Assembly: GCA_027031025.1 (NCBI GenBank)
Contig: JALVEJ010000033.1
Span: 1 to 43,638, forward strand
Length of the DNA stretch: 43,638 nt
Source: Flavobacteriales bacterium
GTDB taxonomy: Bacteria > Bacteroidota > Bacteroidia > Flavobacteriales > Flavobacteriaceae
Direction: 5' to 3'
Made by a program: the position numbers and the translations under genes. The notes beneath the pieces are model-generated. The model searched no databases and was not told where the DNA came from. It was given only the letters and a program-made list of their open reading frames with translations. This document shows, one piece after another, positions 18,648 to 27,247 of the stretch (position 1 is its first letter; every line of letters starts with the position of its first letter).

Positions 18648-19202
18648 TTATTTATTTGATTGTATAAGCCTTCTTTGATCACGCATCTGCATCCGTTTGC
18701 GTTCCATGTCTTTTTTCCGTTTTTGAAGTTCTCTACGTTTTTTTAGATGTTTCATCAATTGCCGGTTAAAACGGCGTTCCAATTCAAAATAACGAATGAC
18801 TTTTTCAGAAGGTAAAAAACGGGTTAAATCTTTGGTAAATCCGGTATTGAGATCATATAACTGCTTGTCCAATTCCAACTTCCTTTTGATGATAGCTTGT
18901 TTTTCGGCTTCACTAAGTTCGGGCAGCTTTCCACCTTTTATTTTTTCGACAATATCGGTTTGATAAGCTTTTTTAATAGCCATCCTTTTTTGAACATAAT
19001 CCTTATATAAGGTTTCAAATTTTTGACTTTCTTCCTTTGTTAAAATAAGGTTTTTCTTTAAAAAATCTAATTTTCTCTTAAAGATTTTTTCTTGGCGTTC
19101 TTTTAAAATGCCCTTTCTTTTTTTCATGCCGGGTTGTTGGGCATATCCGGTAGTCGATAGCCACAAAAAGGCTATCAAACTCAATAAAACTCTTTGTTTC
19201 AT
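18648..19202 (-). CDS. periplasmic K/R/E-rich helical protein, third gene of the ECF sigma operon (Spy/CpxP-like or sensor-of-ECF type)
   Basis: 184 aa with a signal peptide ending GYAQQ and highly charged coiled-coil-like sequence. It lies 22 nt downstream of the anti-sigma-like gene. Confidence 0.55.
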   Translation of the reverse strand: MKQRVLLSLIAFLWLSTTGYAQQPGMKKRKGILKERQEKIFKRKLDFLKKNLILTKEESQKFETLYKDYVQKRMAIKKAYQTDIVEKIKGGKLPELSEAEKQAIIKRKLELDKQLYDLNTGFTKDLTRFLPSEKVIRYFELERRFNRQLMKHLKKRRELQKRKKDMERKRMQMRDQRRLIQSNK

Positions 19203-19224
19203 ATTTATTGATTTTAATTATTAT

Positions 19225-19563
19225 TTATTGAATGCCTTGGTCATACCAATCTTCATCAGCCAGATAGTCTATAATGTCTTCGTCGGATAAGTCGCTGAAT
19301 AAATCGTCATTTGTAAGCGTGTTGGTCGATGACAAATCCGGCTTGATCGGTTTTGGATGCGACCAGTTAAACACTTTATAACCTAAACTCACCAACAAAA
19401 GAATGAAGGCGGCAGCCATCCAAACTTTTTTATCTTGCCAAAAAGTTTTAGTTTTGACCGGTAGCGGTTTCTTGATTTGCAAATGTTCAAAGTAAGCTTC
19501 CGGAACGTTGTAATGCTGTTTTAAAGCTGTTAGTTTTTGTTCTATGTTGTCTGTTGATTTCAT
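19225..19563 (-). CDS. single-pass membrane protein, putative anti-sigma factor
   Basis: 112 aa with a central TM segment VWMAAAFILLLVSLGY and an acidic C-terminus. It sits immediately downstream of the ECF sigma gene. Confidence 0.5.
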   Translation of the reverse strand: MKSTDNIEQKLTALKQHYNVPEAYFEHLQIKKPLPVKTKTFWQDKKVWMAAAFILLLVSLGYKVFNWSHPKPIKPDLSSTNTLTNDDLFSDLSDEDIIDYLADEDWYDQGIQ

Positions 19564-19594
19564 CGTTTATAAGACCAAGTTTTTCATAAAAGGT

Positions 19595-20119
19595 TTAATG
19601 TTCGCTTAAATATTTTTTTATTTTTTTGACGGCCAAATGATAGTTTGCCTTTAACCCACCAACCGAAGTGCCGGTAATTTCGGCTATTTCGGCAAATTTC
19701 AATTCGTTAAAATATTTTAACCGGAATATCTCTTGTTGCTTTGGCGGCAAGTTTAACAGGGCTTTTTCCAATTTCAAGGCAATCTCATCACCGGAATAAT
19801 ATGGATCTTGTGTCAATAGGTTTATTAAATATTCATCACTATTGTCAATAGCGGTTAATTTGTGCCGACGCAAAAAACTTAATGATTCATTGACGGCAAT
19901 CCGGTATAACCAAGAAAAAAGCTTGCTGTCGTGGCGAAATTTCGGTAAATTTTGATAAACCTTGATAAATGTGTTTTGCAAGACATCATCGGCATTTTCA
20001 TGCGTTTTGACAATAGGACGAATTACCCAATACAAATCTTGCGCATAGTGTTTGACAATCCAGTTTAATTGGTCGTCGATAGATAAAGATTTAAAAAACT
20101 TTATATTGGGATGCTTCAT
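19595..20119 (-). CDS. RNA polymerase ECF-type sigma-70 factor
   Basis: 174 aa. Region 2: DVLQNTFIKVYQNL...SWLYRIAVNESLSFLRR. Region 4: FAEIAEITGTSVGGLKANYHLAVKKI. Confidence 0.85.
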   Translation of the reverse strand: MKHPNIKFFKSLSIDDQLNWIVKHYAQDLYWVIRPIVKTHENADDVLQNTFIKVYQNLPKFRHDSKLFSWLYRIAVNESLSFLRRHKLTAIDNSDEYLINLLTQDPYYSGDEIALKLEKALLNLPPKQQEIFRLKYFNELKFAEIAEITGTSVGGLKANYHLAVKKIKKYLSEH

Positions 20120-20232
20120 TCTGTTTATGCCGTTTGCTTCTTATGATAACAAAAACCATTTCTTTTGGTATTAGACGCCGGTTGTATCAAAAGGTTTAAT
20201 TGGATTGTATGCCAAAAAGAATCATATGATAC

Positions 20233-20270
20233 AAAAAAAAGTTTAATAAACCGGAAACGGCTCATTAAAC
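20233..20270 (-). terminator. intrinsic terminator of the SRPBCC-like gene
   Basis: The minus strand reads GTTTAATGAGCCG-TTTC-CGGTTTATTAAAC followed by TTTTTTTT. Confidence 0.65.
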
Positions 20271-20298
20271 TTTTATCATATTGTCGTAAATTTTATTC

Positions 20299-20691
20299 TT
20301 ACAAAGCGCCGATAATATGTTTCAAATCACCAATTTGATTTTCCCATAACAAGCGGGTTTCTTCTTCCTCACCTTCATCGCAAAAATCGGTTACCAACAA
20401 TGAAACATCTTTGGTCAATTCGTCTACCATTATGTTAAATTCTATATAAGAGCCGGTTTCATTATCATTTTCATCCAGCCATTTATATTTCACCCTTTCG
20501 TTGTCTTTTTTGGTAGCAAGTTTGGCTTTTTCTTCAACACCATCCCAGATAAACGTGTATAATTTACCTCGTGAGTTTACATCATCGGCAAACCAACCAC
20601 TTAATCCGGAAGGCGTGGTCAAATACTGAAAAATCATACTGGGAGAAGCGTGAATGGGAAATTCCATTTCAACTTTAACTTTTTTACTCAT
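20299..20691 (-). CDS. START/AHSA1-like (SRPBCC superfamily) protein
   Basis: 130 aa. Pattern seen: FPIHASPSMIFQYLTTPSGLSGWFADDV. Confidence 0.65.
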   Translation of the reverse strand: MSKKVKVEMEFPIHASPSMIFQYLTTPSGLSGWFADDVNSRGKLYTFIWDGVEEKAKLATKKDNERVKYKWLDENDNETGSYIEFNIMVDELTKDVSLLVTDFCDEGEEEETRLLWENQIGDLKHIIGAL

Positions 20692-20783
20692 AAATTTTAT
20701 GTTTAGCGGCGCACAAATTATAAATAAAAATTTAATAATAAAAATTTATTGTCTTATTTTTGTCCAAAGTAAAATGATTTTTT

Positions 20784-21891
20784 ATGATAACACAAGAACA
20801 ACTCAAAGATTTGGAAAGACGTTTAACCGCTTTAAACCACTATCTTTGACATCGATAAGAAACGCATTGAAATAGAAAACGAAGAAGAAAAAACCGGCAA
20901 TCCCGATTTTTGGAACGACCCCAAAGAGGCGCAAAAAGTGATGAAGTCCATTCAATCGAAAAAAAAATGGATTTCCGATTACCAAGAAGCCAAAGAAAAC
21001 TTTGAAGAATTACAGATTTTATACGATTTTTATAAAGAAAAGGAAGCCACTGAAGAAGAGGTTGTCAAACAATATGAACAAACCAAAACCTTGATAGAAA
21101 ATATTGAGTTTAGAAACATGCTATCGGGCGAAGCCGACCAACTCAGCGCCGTTTTGCAAATCACAGCCGGTGCCGGTGGTACCGAAAGCAACGATTGGGC
21201 TGAAATGCTCCTGCGCATGTATTTGATGTGGGCACAAAAAAACGGCTTCAAAACCAAAGAACTCAACTACCAAGCCGGCGATGTCGCCGGTGTTAAAACC
21301 GTGACTATTGAAATAGAAGGCGACTTTGCCTATGGCTACTTAAAAGGCGAAAACGGCGTGCACCGGTTGGTCAGAATCTCTCCTTTTGACAGCAATGCCA
21401 AACGGCACACCTCTTTTGCATCGGTTTATGTTTATCCTTTGGTTGATGACAGCATTGAAATTAATATCAATCCTGCAGATATCAAATGGGAAACCATGCG
21501 TGCCAGCGGGGCAGGCGGGCAGGCCGTCAACAAACTGGAAACAGCTGTCCGGTTGCGTCACGAACCTTCGGGAATTATTATTGAAAATTCGGAAACACGC
21601 TCGCAACTCGAAAACAAAGAAAAAGCTATGAAACTGCTCAAATCGCGCTTATATGAAATTGAAATGCAAAAACGCATGGAAGAGCGTAATAAAATTGAAG
21701 CCAATAAAAAGAAAATAGAATGGGGCTCACAAATCCGGAATTATGTGATGCATCCTTACAAATTGGTCAAAGATGTGCGAACCGGACATGAAACATCACA
21801 AGTAGATAACGTTATGAATGGCGAAATAGACGACTTTTTAAAAGCTTATCTGATGATGACCGGACAAAAAACGGAAGATGGAACTAATTAA
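20784..21891 (+). CDS. prfB: peptide chain release factor 2, requires programmed +1 frameshift (join 20784..20846, 20848..21891)
   Basis: Frame 0 is MITQEQLKDLERRLTALNHYL, ending at CTT TGA C (20844..20850). The +1 frame continues DIDKKRIEIENEEEKTGNPDFWNDP in phase with the listed ORF at 20938. SPF (RISPFDS) and GGQ (SGAGGQAVNK) motifs are present. Confidence 0.92.
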
Positions 21892-21972
21892 AATTTTAAT
21901 ACGGGACATTCTTAACATAGAGACACAAAATTTTATGCCTCTATTTTTTATCAATACAAATACTCAACTAAT

Positions 21973-23349
21973 ATGAATTTTCCATACGCAGAACCTTTTA
22001 AAATCAAAAGCATTGAAAACATTAAGCGTTCGACCATTGAACAACGCAAACAATGGATACAAGAAGCACATTACAATTTGTTTAACCTCAGAAGCGACCA
22101 AGTTTTCATCGATTTACTGACCGACAGCGGTACCGGTTCGATGAGCGACCAACAATGGGCGGAAATTATGAAAGGCGATGAAGCTTATGCCGGCTCGCGG
22201 TCTTTCGAATTGCTCAAAGCCACGGTGCAACGGCTCACCGGATATAAATATCTCATCCCGACACATCAAGGACGTGCTGCCGAAAACGTGTTGTTTTCAG
22301 CCATGGTTCACGCCGGCGATGTTATTCCCGGAAATTCCCATTTTGACACTACCAAAGGACATATCGAATTTCGCAAAGCCAAAGCTATTGATTGTACCAT
22401 TGATGAAGCTTCGGATACCTCCAAATTTCATCCGTTTAAAGGCAATATCGATTTAGACAAACTCGAAAAAGTCTTTAAAACCTATCCGAAAGAACAAATA
22501 CCGATGGTTATCATGACCGTCACCTGCAATACTGCCGGCGGTCAACCGGTTTCTATGAAAAATATTCGCGAGACTGCCGAGTTATGCCGCCGATATAGCA
22601 TCCCATTGTTTTTTGATGCCGCAAGATTTGCCGAAAATGCCTACTTTATCAAAAAACGGGAAGACGCTTACAAGCATAAAACCATCAAGGAAATAGTCCG
22701 TGAAATGTTCAGTTACGGCGACGGCATGACCATGAGCGCTAAAAAGGACGGCTTGGTCAATATGGGCGGTTTTATTGCCACAAATGACGAAGATATTTAT
22801 AACAAAGCCACGGTTTTTGCTATTTTGTTTGAAGGTTTTATTACCTACGGCGGTATGAGTGGACGCGATATGGGTGCTCTGGCTATCGGTTTGGATGAAG
22901 CTACGGAATTTGATTACTTGGAAAGCCGGGTAGAACAAGTGCAATATCTGGGGCGTAAATTAATGGCTGCCAATGTGCCGGTGCAACAACCTATCGGCGG
23001 ACATGCTATTTATCTGGATGCCAATAAATTCGTCCCGACCATTCCCCGAGAACAATACCGTGCGCAAGCCTTAGCCATTGAATTGTATATAGTTGGCGGT
23101 ATTCGTGGTGTAGAAATAGGCACCATACTTGCAGACAGAGACCCCGAAACCGGTGAAAACCGCTATCCTGATTTGGAATTGGTACGTTTGGCAATTCCCA
23201 GACGAACTTATACCAACAATCACATGGATTATGTGGCAGCAGTTATTGAACAGGTTTATCATACCCGTAACGAAGCCAAAACCGGATATGAAATTATTTA
23301 TGAAGCGCCTGTTTTAAGACATTTTACCGTCAAATTGCGTAAGATTTAA
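21973..23349 (+). CDS. tnaA: tryptophanase / beta-eliminating lyase family (tryptophanase most likely)
   Basis: 458 aa. Seen: DLLTDSGTGSMSDQQWA and the PLP-lysine region MSAKKDGLVNMGGF. I cannot separate tryptophanase from tyrosine phenol-lyase by eye. Confidence 0.8.
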   Translation: MNFPYAEPFKIKSIENIKRSTIEQRKQWIQEAHYNLFNLRSDQVFIDLLTDSGTGSMSDQQWAEIMKGDEAYAGSRSFELLKATVQRLTGYKYLIPTHQGRAAENVLFSAMVHAGDVIPGNSHFDTTKGHIEFRKAKAIDCTIDEASDTSKFHPFKGNIDLDKLEKVFKTYPKEQIPMVIMTVTCNTAGGQPVSMKNIRETAELCRRYSIPLFFDAARFAENAYFIKKREDAYKHKTIKEIVREMFSYGDGMTMSAKKDGLVNMGGFIATNDEDIYNKATVFAILFEGFITYGGMSGRDMGALAIGLDEATEFDYLESRVEQVQYLGRKLMAANVPVQQPIGGHAIYLDANKFVPTIPREQYRAQALAIELYIVGGIRGVEIGTILADRDPETGENRYPDLELVRLAIPRRTYTNNHMDYVAAVIEQVYHTRNEAKTGYEIIYEAPVLRHFTVKLRKI

Positions 23350-23404
23350 TATATTTGATGACAAAATATGGATTTTATACTAAATTTGTAAAAACTAAAA
23401 TGTT

Positions 23405-23767
23405 ATGAATAAAATCATTGTATGGCATAATCCCCGTTGTCGTAAAAGCCGTGAAGGTTTGGCAATGGCTCAAAAAATGGCGGAAGATAAAGCTTTGGAG
23501 CTGGAAATCCGTAAATATTTAGACCATCCGCCCAGCCAAGAAGAATTAAAAAAAGTCTTGAAAATGTTGGGTATGAAACCTATTGAATTGGTAAGAACCA
23601 AAGAAGCTGTATGGAAGGAACATTTCAAAGGAAAAGATTTGTCCGATGACCAAATCATAAAAGCCATGACGCAATATCCCAAATTGATTGAACGTCCGGT
23701 GGTTATTTATAAAAACAAAGCCGTCTTAGCTCGTCCGGCTGAAAAAGTATTAGAACTATTTAATTAA
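23405..23767 (+). CDS. ArsC/Spx/YffB family thiol-reductase-like protein
   Basis: 120 aa. Seen: IVWHNPRCRKSREGL (CxxS) and the LIERPVV motif. Confidence 0.8.
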   Translation: MNKIIVWHNPRCRKSREGLAMAQKMAEDKALELEIRKYLDHPPSQEELKKVLKMLGMKPIELVRTKEAVWKEHFKGKDLSDDQIIKAMTQYPKLIERPVVIYKNKAVLARPAEKVLELFN

Positions 23768-23777
23768 AATTCTGATT

Positions 23778-24137
23778 ATGAAACCTTTATCAAAATATTT
23801 ATGGATTCTTATGGCAAGTATGCTTTTGGTTACCGCTTGTAAGAAAGACCAAAATGAAGATGAACAACCAAAAGAAACCAAAATCATTATTCATACTACG
23901 GTCGCCGGTTTAGGTAAAGTTGCCGGCGTTCATGTTTTTTTGCATTATTATAACAATCCGCCCATAGAGCAAGTAACTGATGACACCGGCAAAGTCGTTT
24001 ATGAAAATATGCCACCCGGTTATTACTACGGCAGTGCCTCCTATGATGATGGTAACGGACAAGAATATATGATAGGTATTCCGACTTTTAGAGTTGATGA
24101 AGGGGAAACTGTTAAAAAAGATATTGAATTGCAATAA
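23778..24137 (+). CDS. hypothetical lipoprotein
   Basis: 119 aa with a lipobox-like LLVTAC after the signal sequence. The body is beta-rich, resembling a carboxypeptidase-regulatory-like fold. Confidence 0.55.
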   Translation: MKPLSKYLWILMASMLLVTACKKDQNEDEQPKETKIIIHTTVAGLGKVAGVHVFLHYYNNPPIEQVTDDTGKVVYENMPPGYYYGSASYDDGNGQEYMIGIPTFRVDEGETVKKDIELQ

Positions 24138-24162
24138 AAAAAGCGCCAATGGCGCTTTTTTC
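24138..24162 (+). terminator. intrinsic terminator
   Basis: AAGCGCC-AAT-GGCGCTT followed by TTTTCTTTTT. Confidence 0.8.
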
Positions 24163-24174
24163 TTTTTAATAAAG

Positions 24175-24245
24175 AGGCACCTAGCAGATTCGAACTGCTG
24201 TAAACGGTTTTGCAGACCGCTGCCTAGCCACTCGGCCAAGGTGCC
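24175..24245 (-). tRNA. tRNA-Cys (anticodon GCA)
   Basis: The reverse complement is GGCACCTTGGCCGAGTGGCTAGGCAGCGGTCTGCAAAACCGTTTACAGCAGTTCGAATCTGCTAGGTGCCT. Acceptor GGCACCT/AGGTGCC, anticodon loop CT-GCA-AA, T-arm AGCAG-TTCGAAT-CTGCT, discriminator T. Confidence 0.9.
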
Positions 24246-24275
24246 TGATTTTGGGACGACAAATTTAGCCAATTT

Positions 24276-24650
24276 TTAAAGTTTAACCAAATCTTTTCGT
24301 CTTTTTTTCAAAACCACACTGACGGCTTCTATATTGCCACCAACCGGTGGATTGAGTTTGGTAACCTTAACTTCCACCTTTTTGGCAATATTAAACTCGT
24401 TAAAAATTCGCTTGATGATACGCAGCGCAACCGTTTCCATCAATTTAGCTCTGATTTTCATTTCCGTCATAACTATTTCGTTGAGCCGCGTATAATCTAA
24501 TCCGTATTGTAAATTATCGGTTTCGGCAGCTTGTGTCATATCGGTTTTTACCTTGATATCCGTTCGAAATTCCGCTCCTATTTTTTCTTCTTCATCCATA
24601 CAACCGTGATAGCTGTATGTGCGGACATTGGACAAAATAATGTATCCCAT
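24276..24650 (-). CDS. folB: dihydroneopterin aldolase
   Basis: 124 aa. The FolB pattern is present: YSYHGCMDEEEKIGAEFRTDIKV...DYTRLNEIV. Confidence 0.8.
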   Translation of the reverse strand: MGYIILSNVRTYSYHGCMDEEEKIGAEFRTDIKVKTDMTQAAETDNLQYGLDYTRLNEIVMTEMKIRAKLMETVALRIIKRIFNEFNIAKKVEVKVTKLNPPVGGNIEAVSVVLKKRRKDLVKL

Positions 24651-24691
24651 AAGTCTTTGATTTGATTGGCAAAGTTAATAATTATTGATTA

Positions 24692-24890
24692 TTTGAGGAA
24701 TTGAGGATTTTATATGTTTTATATGACAATCAGCTTCAATGATGTTAGTTTGCTACTTCCGACCGAGCTTCTGCATACAATTTGAGGAAATGTTCTGCTT
24801 TGTTATGTTCTTTAATAGTTGTGCTTGCTTCAAACATTATTTCTGCTTCAAATTTGAGGAAATGATGAACTGAGGAATTGATGCTATTTA
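24692..24890 (+). repeat. tandem array of TTTGAGGAA-family units (about 3 units)
   Basis: TTTGAGGA occurs at 24692, 24781 and 24853. Units share GCTTCA and CTGCTT blocks with 37383..37700. Confidence 0.65.
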
Positions 24891-24931
24891 AGAATAATGT
24901 AGAGATTAATGTTTGTTCGGCACATAAATAA

Positions 24932-24960
24932 AAAGCCCCTGTAAAAACTACAAGGGCTTT
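24932..24960 (-). terminator. hairpin downstream of the thioredoxin gene
   Basis: AAAGCCCCTGTA-AAAAC-TACAAGGGCTTT, 12-bp arms with one mismatch. The U-tail on the minus strand is weak. Confidence 0.5.
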
Positions 24961-24984
24961 AAATATCAGTTTCAATAAAATGTA

Positions 24985-25371
24985 TTATTTCTCTTCTTTT
25001 TTCTCTTCTTTTCCTTCCTTAAAAAGTTCTTTTTGAATGATTTCATCATAAACATTTTCCGGAAGAGCACCCGGTTGCATCATAGGCGTGCCTTCTACCG
25101 GAATAAACAAAATGCTGGGGATACTGCGAATACCGAACATACCTGATAATTCGCGTTCTTTTTCAGTATCTACTTTGTAAACTTTAAGCTTGCCTTCGTA
25201 TTTATTTGAAAGGTTTTCCATAATAGGCGCTACCATTTTACAAGGCTGACACCAATCTGCCCAAAAATCTATGATAGCAGGCACATCACCTTTGTATTTC
25301 CACTCTTTTTCGTTTTCGTAATCAAAAATTTCGTCTTTAAATTTTTGCAATGTCAAATCAATTGTAGGCAT
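24985..25371 (-). CDS. thioredoxin-family protein with K/E-rich C-terminal tail
   Basis: 128 aa. Active site WADWCQPCKM, plus RSIPSILF. Confidence 0.85.
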   Translation of the reverse strand: MPTIDLTLQKFKDEIFDYENEKEWKYKGDVPAIIDFWADWCQPCKMVAPIMENLSNKYEGKLKVYKVDTEKERELSGMFGIRSIPSILFIPVEGTPMMQPGALPENVYDEIIQKELFKEGKEEKKEEK

Positions 25372-25395
25372 AATTTTTTAATTTTTAATGAGTTG

Positions 25396-25403
25396 CAAAG
25401 ATA
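25396..25403 (-). promoter_or_regulatory. -7 promoter box TATCTTTG for the thioredoxin gene
   Basis: The + strand CAAAGATA is TATCTTTG on the minus strand, 24 nt upstream of the ATG at 25371. Confidence 0.5.
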
Positions 25404-25634
25404 AAACATTTTTTAAGCCAAAGTCAAGTATTTTATAAAAAATGTAACTTTCTGATTTTTAATACAAAAAAACCACAAAGTAATACTTGTTACTTAATTG
25501 ATAGGGCATTGGTTGAGAAAAATACTTTTTTAATCAGGTTGTTTGTTTATCTCAGATGTTATGTCCTGGTTTCGGGCAACCTGCAAAACCGTATGTCGAA
25601 TTAGAAGTCATAAAATAATGGCAAACAATCAGTG

Positions 25635-26981
25635 CTACTCTACCCCTTCAAACCAATGATGTTTTATCAACAAAATTAAGCCGGCAATAGCGGTTAAAAT
25701 ATTGGTGATAGGATAACTAATCCAAATACCAAATTGTTTCAATCCGGTATGGTAGCCTAGATAATACGCCAGAGGAAAACGCAAAAGCCAAACCGAAAAT
25801 AATGCCAGTATCATGGAAATTTTGGTTTTACCGGCGCCGCGAAAAGCGCCCATTAAGACGATAAGAATCCCCAAAAATCCGAAAGAAACCGACAAAGATT
25901 TTATGAATATGGCACTTTCTTTGATCGTTGCCGTATCACCGGGAATAAAAAACATTGCTACTTCTTCGGCAAAAATAAATAACAATAAACCGATAAAAGT
26001 CAAAGTTCCAAAAGCAATTTTTAAACTAAGTTGCAAGGTTTTTTTAACACGGTCATATTGTTTGGCACCGATATTTTGCCCAACCAAAGTGGAAGTTGCC
26101 ATCCCTAAACCGAAGGCAGGAATAATGATAAAACTCAAAATCCGGCTACCGATACCATAACTAGCTAAAACCATAGTTCCGAAATGGGTCACCAACAAAA
26201 CCATCATAAAAATCCCCAAAGCACGACTCACTTGCTCTACGGATACCGGAAAACCTAATTTAAACAACTCTTTAATCAGTGAAAAATCAGGGTGATAATC
26301 GCTTAACCGGATTTTAATACCTTGTTTGCCTCTAAACAAAATAAATAAGCCGATGACTGCCGATAAAATTTGTGTTCCGACTGTAGCAATTGCAGCTCCT
26401 TTAACACCTGCTGCCGGAACAACATCTTTCCAACCGAAAATAAACAAAGGGTCTAAGGCTAAGTTCAACAAAACCGTCGATAAAACAATGTAAAAGGGTA
26501 ATTTGACATTCCCGATACTGCGCATGAGGGATTGAAAAGTCAGATATGTAAACAAAGGCGGCAATCCCAAAAAAGTGATTTTCAAATAAGCAACAGCATC
26601 ATCGTAAACCGCCGGTTCTACCTTCATCATGCCAACTAAAAGCGGTGCTATCAGATAGCCCAACAATGCCAATATCAACGAAATACTCAAAACCGAAAAA
26701 AAAGTCTGAGTCGAAATATGTGCTACGGCACCGGCATCTTTGGCGCCATAGCGTTTGGCAACCAAAATAGATCCGGCAATAGCCATGCCCGCCCCTAATG
26801 ACACGATGATAAAAACAATGGGAAAAGCCAATGAAACCGCAGCCACCGCTTCGCTCCCCAATCGCCCGACCCAAAACGTATCGGTTAAGTTGTATGCCGT
26901 CTGTAAAATATTAGTCAAAATCAACGGGATAGATAACTTTATCAATGCCCGTAATATGGGACCTTCCGTTAGTTTATTCAT
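25635..26981 (-). CDS. MATE family efflux transporter
   Basis: 448 aa with 12 predicted TM segments. The N-terminal PILRALIKLSIPLILTNILQTAYNLTDTFWVGRLG is typical of NorM/DinF-type MATE proteins. Confidence 0.85.
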   Translation of the reverse strand: MNKLTEGPILRALIKLSIPLILTNILQTAYNLTDTFWVGRLGSEAVAAVSLAFPIVFIIVSLGAGMAIAGSILVAKRYGAKDAGAVAHISTQTFFSVLSISLILALLGYLIAPLLVGMMKVEPAVYDDAVAYLKITFLGLPPLFTYLTFQSLMRSIGNVKLPFYIVLSTVLLNLALDPLFIFGWKDVVPAAGVKGAAIATVGTQILSAVIGLFILFRGKQGIKIRLSDYHPDFSLIKELFKLGFPVSVEQVSRALGIFMMVLLVTHFGTMVLASYGIGSRILSFIIIPAFGLGMATSTLVGQNIGAKQYDRVKKTLQLSLKIAFGTLTFIGLLLFIFAEEVAMFFIPGDTATIKESAIFIKSLSVSFGFLGILIVLMGAFRGAGKTKISMILALFSVWLLRFPLAYYLGYHTGLKQFGIWISYPITNILTAIAGLILLIKHHWFEGVE

Positions 26982-26982
26982 T

Positions 26983-27022
26983 GGTTAATGGGTTATGTGG
27001 TTATTTGGTTATTTGGTTGTTT
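26983..27022 (-). repeat. five tandem octamers (AAATAACC-like on the gene strand) ending 1 nt before the MATE start codon
   Basis: The + strand reads GGTTAATG GGTTATGT GGTTATTT GGTTATTT GGTTGTTT. Confidence 0.7.
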
Positions 27023-27080
27023 GATGTCGGGGCTTCGATATATCCCCCCGACGAAAGTCGGGGTCGTGCCACTCAGCCAC
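27023..27080 (-). repeat. hairpin-module repeat
   Basis: The reverse complement reads GTGGC-TGAGTG-GCA-CGACCCCGAC-TTTC-GTCGGGG-GGATATATCGAAG-CC... The inner hairpin is identical to that at 3873..3895. Confidence 0.6.
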
Positions 27081-27192
27081 TTTTGATTCTACTTCATAGA
27101 AAGGGACCTTCATTCCGGTTACTCTTACTGTTTGATTTCTATTTCAAGAGATATTCGTCATTAAAAACAGCCACTTCTGATTCTGCATTGCA

Positions 27193-27237
27193 GGTCACTG
27201 AGTGTCCCGATGCTAATCGGGATGTATCGAAGTGACC
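27193..27237 (+). repeat. hairpin-module repeat (cleanest copy)
   Basis: GGTCAC-TGAGTG-TCCCGAT-GCTA-ATCGGGA-TGTATCGAA-GTGACC, with a perfect 6-bp outer and a perfect 7-bp inner helix. Confidence 0.75.
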
Positions 27238-27247
27238 GGTGTTAAAT

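Noticed and set aside
20654-20875. 73-aa + strand ORF overlapping the 5' part of prfB
   Set aside because: It is in a different frame from both prfB segments, and the sequence is low-complexity. The region is fully explained by the frame-0 leader of prfB and its promoter region.
21935-21976. 13-codon uORF (MPLFFINTNTQLI) whose stop overlaps the tnaA ATG, as a TnaC-like leader peptide
   Set aside because: It has no Trp codon, which is the key feature of TnaC. Its ATG lies inside the weak hairpin downstream of prfB. ORFs of this size arise by chance in A/T-rich spacers.
24175-24245. tRNA-Cys as an integration site for a genomic island
   Set aside because: I noticed no second copy of the tRNA 3' end in the window. 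No integrase is adjacent, and the neighbours (lipoprotein gene, folB) look native.
24745-24975. 76-aa minus-strand ORF
   Set aside because: It lies entirely within the TTTGAGGAA tandem array and the thioredoxin terminator. Its sequence is repeat-derived and it has no recognisable family.
25535-25592. Possible degenerate hairpin module (CAGGTTG ... CAACCTG enclosing CTCAGATGT, followed by TATGTCGAA)
   Set aside because: The outer 7-bp helix is real. However, the order and spacing of the conserved strands do not match the family consensus, so it could not be aligned convincingly by hand.
26945-27235. 96-aa + strand ORF between the MATE and dnaE genes
   Set aside because: It reads through the octamer repeats and two hairpin modules and overlaps the MATE start on the opposite strand. 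It is a repeat artefact.
27193-27237. Hammerhead-ribozyme-like look of the hairpin modules (CUGAGUG - stem - CGAAG)
   Set aside because: The hammerhead core needs CUGANGA and GAAA with a third helix and a cleavage-site triplet. Here the invariant G8/A9 positions read U/G, extra UGUAU precedes CGAA, and there is no stem III. The resemblance is superficial.
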